Shown here in pieces: positions 6,651 to 9,560 of a DNA stretch of 9,560 bases. Location: positions 1 to 9,560 of the forward strand of contig NW_021827901.1 in the NCBI RefSeq assembly GCF_006345805.1, read 5' to 3'. The notes beneath the pieces were generated by a model. That model ran no database searches. It was not told where the DNA came from and was given only the letters and a program-made list of their open reading frames with translations. The stretch's first letter is position 1; every line of letters begins with the position of its first letter. The translations under genes and the position numbers were made by a program. Origin of the DNA: Octopus sinensis (taxonomy: Eukaryota).

Positions 6651-6840
6651 TATGTACACACGCACACACACACACGCGTGTATACCGACTCATATGTATT
6701 CTCACACTTAAGTGTGTGTATCACTCTGTGAGAAAAACTAGATACAGTTATATAGACGATGAAATGGTAGAGAGAAAGAATGTGTGTGTGTGTGTGTGAG
6801 AGAGAGGAAGAAACTAAAAGAGAGAGGGGGAGAGAGATGC
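6651..6840. repeat. Mixed (CA)n, (TG)n and (GA)n simple repeats
   Basis: CA run about 6656-6675, TG run about 6781-6798, GA-rich tract to about 6838. Confidence 0.8.
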
Positions 6841-7105
6841 CGGAGTGAGGGTGAGAGAAGGTGTCTCTACTGCAATGTTCATTTTGTACTGTAATAGAAT
6901 GTAAAAAAAAAGCGACCGACATGCAGATGGACAGACCATCAACACGCGAAGAAATTAAAAATGGTTTCAATTCTTTGATGGCATCACATGGTTGAATTGC
7001 AAAAATAACCATTGATTCCATATTTGGAATAATATTCTAAGCATACAAAAAGAACCCCCTCATTATCTGAAAGTCGGGTACGTCGCATTTCGTTGTTGTG
7101 TCTTG

Positions 7106-7560
7106 TGTGTATGTGTGTATGTATGTATGTATGTATGTATGTATGTATGTATGTATGTATGTATGTATGTATGTATGTATGCGTGTGTGTCTTTGTATGT
7201 GTATGTATACGTGCATCTATGTATTCATACATATGTATATATATGCGTATACAAATACTTATGCACACGCATTTGTACATAGATATGCGCGTGTATGTAT
7301 GTATGTGTATATACATACATATATATATATATATATATATGAACATACATATACACAAGTATACATACATACATATATATATATATGTATGTATATATAC
7401 TTATATATATATATGTGTGTGTGTATGTGTGTGTTTGCATTGTGTGTGAGTGTGCATAAATTATATGCAAATACACATTGCCCTATACACACAGACACAC
7501 TCTCTCTCGCTCTTTCTCTATCCCTCTCTCTCCCCTCTCTCTCTCACACGCACGTACATA
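7106..7560. repeat. (TATG)n microsatellite with degenerate TA/TG/CA/CT satellite continuation
   Basis: Pure TATG run about 7117-7180, (TA)n about 7320-7340, CT-rich tract about 7500-7545. Source of the MYVC-repeat ORFs. Confidence 0.93.
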
Positions 7561-7561
7561 C

Positions 7562-8421
7562 GTTCTCCTGCTGTTCGACCTTCTACTCCACATAGGCCAT
7601 CTAGTCTCCTACTAGGGTGATCGGACATTATGAATGCGCACGCAAATGGCCAGTTAGTCGAATCTACGCAACTGCATGAACAGGATGAGCAGACGACAAC
7701 CGTGAGAATGCGATGGCATTTCTCCTTTCTGATCTGCCTGCATTGCTCAGCTGCAGTCACTCTATCGGCCTCAGTCACTCTGTTGGCGACATCGTTGACT
7801 GTTTGTCTCCACTCCTTACGATTGTTGTTAAAGGTGTCAGTGAGCTTCTGTAGCCTTTTTTAGTCCCCTTGGGAGCATTTATTGCGCTGGAGTTTCTTTG
7901 AGAATCGTAGAACAGTTTCTTTGGGAGCTGATGGTTTGGCACACGAACTACACGACTTGTTCTGTACAGTTCTGATTGCACCAGGATTTTGCGGCTGCCA
8001 AATAGTTCAGCTCGAATTGGTGCATCAATAACAGGAATCCTGTCCTGCTACATGATGCCAAAACTTTTTATGAAGTAAGGGGCATGGATATGTTTCAGCT
8101 TCCTTGCATATCGTTTATAGATAGTCCATGCTTCCCAGCCGTGAACTTCTGTTTGTCACTTGTTTCCAAACATTTTTCTGGGGTAGGTTGTACGGAAATT
8201 CTTCATCTTCGTTGCATGCTGATGGTGGACATTTTATGCTTCACAGCCAAATATTAGTGTTTTGAGAACTACAGCCCGGTACACCTTAATCTTTATTTAA
8301 ACAGTGATGCCTGTCTTGTTCCACACAGCCTTGGCGAATTTGGCTATCACTTCATCCTCAAAGACGATGGTTTGGAACAGTAGGTTTCCTAAGCAGGTGA
8401 ATTTGTCCACCACTTTCAGCC
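7562..8421 (-). mobile_element. RTE/BovB-like LINE, 3' portion (end of RT, thumb/C-terminal region, 3'UTR), decayed
   Basis: Minus-strand translation with stops and shifts: LKVVDKFTCLG (from 8419)...VWNKTGITV*IKIKVYRAVVLKTLIFGCEA*...QDRIP...QSELYRTSRVVRVPNHQLPKKLFY...IRLTGHLRAHS* (stop 7628-7630). Matches the canonical RTE series LKVVDKFTYLG / TKIKVYRAVVL / YGCETW / LRWAGHVVRM..RLPK.LFY / IGL.SHLRTH. Confidence 0.85.
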
Positions 8422-8429
8422 CGAGGTGG

Positions 8430-8990
8430 TAGGGTCATGAAATTCATCGACATTGCTGTCCCCAGTCAGACCAAGCTATGAGGCGAAGACAAACTCTGTG
8501 GAAGAGGTGCAGACTACACGTTCTTTTAGAGGATACAAAGCCTCGAAGAGAGACGCGTCACTGGAATTGGTTTATCAAATCAAACGTACTTTATTGGCAA
8601 GCCGATAGCAGATAGATTACCTCACCCCAGTCCTAGCTTGGAAGCAGGGAACGATCTGCAGATGAGGGCGACTTTTCAGCTTTTCAATAAGGAGGATTTC
8701 ATTATCATTACCTGCGATTTTGTCCTCACCATGGCCATCCCGGGCGAGGTCAAGAACTGAATACACTCGTTGCCACTGTTCCCAACATAGACAAGCCTTG
8801 TGAAAGATGTCAGCAGAAGAATATCTTGAAACAGGTATCTAACTCATAGATCTTTCGATAAGGTGGCCCTTTAATACAAAAAAACTCTCGAGAGACCTGT
8901 GGGTTCAAAGCTAAGATCATCCATAATCTCATCCAGGGTACCACCAAGAGAACAAGGTACATGAAGGTCATTTCTCACACAATGTTGGGC
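8430..8990 (+). mobile_element. RTE/BovB-like LINE, 5' portion (APE fragment, then probable RT-start fragment), opposite orientation to 7562-8421
   Basis: Plus strand: DIAVPSQTKL*GEDKLCGRGADYTFF* (from 8449) resembles DIAALSETRL..G.L.E.GAGYTFFW. Also EERRVTGIG, LTMAIPGEVKN and LNTLVATVPNIDK (8757-8795). Then ERCQQKN (8802-8822) and SFDKV (8851-8865) resemble QEKC.EQN and AFDTV of RT. The 3' boundary is uncertain. Confidence 0.72.
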
Positions 8991-9386
8991 TTAATGCAGT
9001 TATGATCCTTCTAAATTTTAAAGAAAGACACTTCCCGCTAGAATACAAATGTAAGTAATTGTTCAATAGGAATAAAGTTAAGATTATCTATAGCTGCATC
9101 CCCAACGCAAGAAAACTTATATCACATGTGAATAACACAATTACCGAGGCTGGGTGTTTTTGCAAGAAACTTATTTCCGTTGAATGGTTAATGTCACACC
9201 AAGACCATTTTTGATGCGAACTGATGGAAGAAAAAAGATGGACAGTATGGTCCACGGGTGGGATGTCTCAGATCCTAAGTTCGCTTGTTAAGAGTTCGCT
9301 CTCGACTTAAGCAACAATAACGCGTGTTGCATCGTCACCCCGTGCGTATTGCATCACTCTCGACAAAAGGTGTCTTGAATAGCATG

Positions 9387-9440
9387 CCACGTGACACACC
9401 AAACGAACTGACCAATGGGCGTTAGAGCGGACATCCGGAA
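9387..9440. promoter_or_regulatory. Cluster of E-box/USF-like, CCAAT/NF-Y-like and ETS-like motifs
   Basis: CCACGTGAC 9387-9395, GACCAATGGG 9410-9419, ACATCCGG 9431-9438 (CCGGATGT on the minus strand), in a locally CpG-containing non-repetitive segment. Confidence 0.25.
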
Positions 9441-9461
9441 ACCACCAGAAATTTGATGTTT
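9413..9461 (-). other. Candidate 49-nt internal exon, minus strand
   Basis: Branch-like ctgat, then cccttcttccgttttcacag | AAACATC...CCCATTG | gtcagt. Two frames are open (KHQISGGFRMSALTPI; TSNFWWFPDVRSNAH). No homology evidence. Confidence 0.3.
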
Positions 9462-9534
9462 CTGTGAAAACGGAAGAAGGGTATCAGAAGAACGATCGAT
9501 TGAAGCCACAACCACGAATTAATGAATCTCACCC

Positions 9535-9560
9535 CTCTCTCTCTGTATATATATATATAT
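9535..9560. repeat. (CT)n / (TA)n microsatellite at window end
   Basis: Directly visible. Confidence 0.85.

Noticed and set aside
6926-6990. MDRPSTREEIKNGFNSL resembling the LINE pre-RT motif PIT.EEI..AI..L
   Set aside because: Too short and not followed by K(A/S)PGPDG; cannot be supported as the missing Tx1 continuation.
6305-7595. ORFs 6305-7021, 6370-6705, 6477-6731, 6984-7370, 7093-7449, 7098-7595, 7225-7476, 7259-7498
   Set aside because: They cross unrelated repeat boundaries or are microsatellite translations.

Overview
Repeat-saturated eukaryotic (animal) genomic DNA, most likely an octopod cephalopod. That assignment rests on recognising the SINE families from memory and on the extreme microsatellite load; no database search was run. 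No intact protein-coding gene, RNA gene or CRISPR array is present. Contents from left to right: (1) a head-to-tail trimer of a tRNA-derived SINE on the minus strand (597-1218), head-to-head with an older plus-strand relative; (2) long (TCTA)n, (TA)n, (CATA)n and (TATG)n microsatellites, which generate most ORFs in the supplied track; (3) a candidate 30-nt minus-strand micro-exon (2937-2966); (4) a cluster of abutting SINE fragments (3156-3933); (5) the 5' half of a decayed Tx1/L1-clade LINE (gag-like ORF1 with a masked CCHC knuckle, plus the APE endonuclease of ORF2), bracketed by inverted copies of one SINE tail; (6) a decayed RTE/BovB-like LINE whose 3' part is on the minus strand and whose 5' part is on the plus strand, with an in-frame 108-bp diverged duplication; (7) a CpG-containing unique segment near 9390-9470 that reads either as a minus-strand exon or as a promoter motif cluster. 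I found no convincing new biological system. The most interesting points are structural: the inverted RTE, the tRNA-like junction at the 5' end of the Tx1-like element, and the micro-exon enclosed by inverted SINEs.
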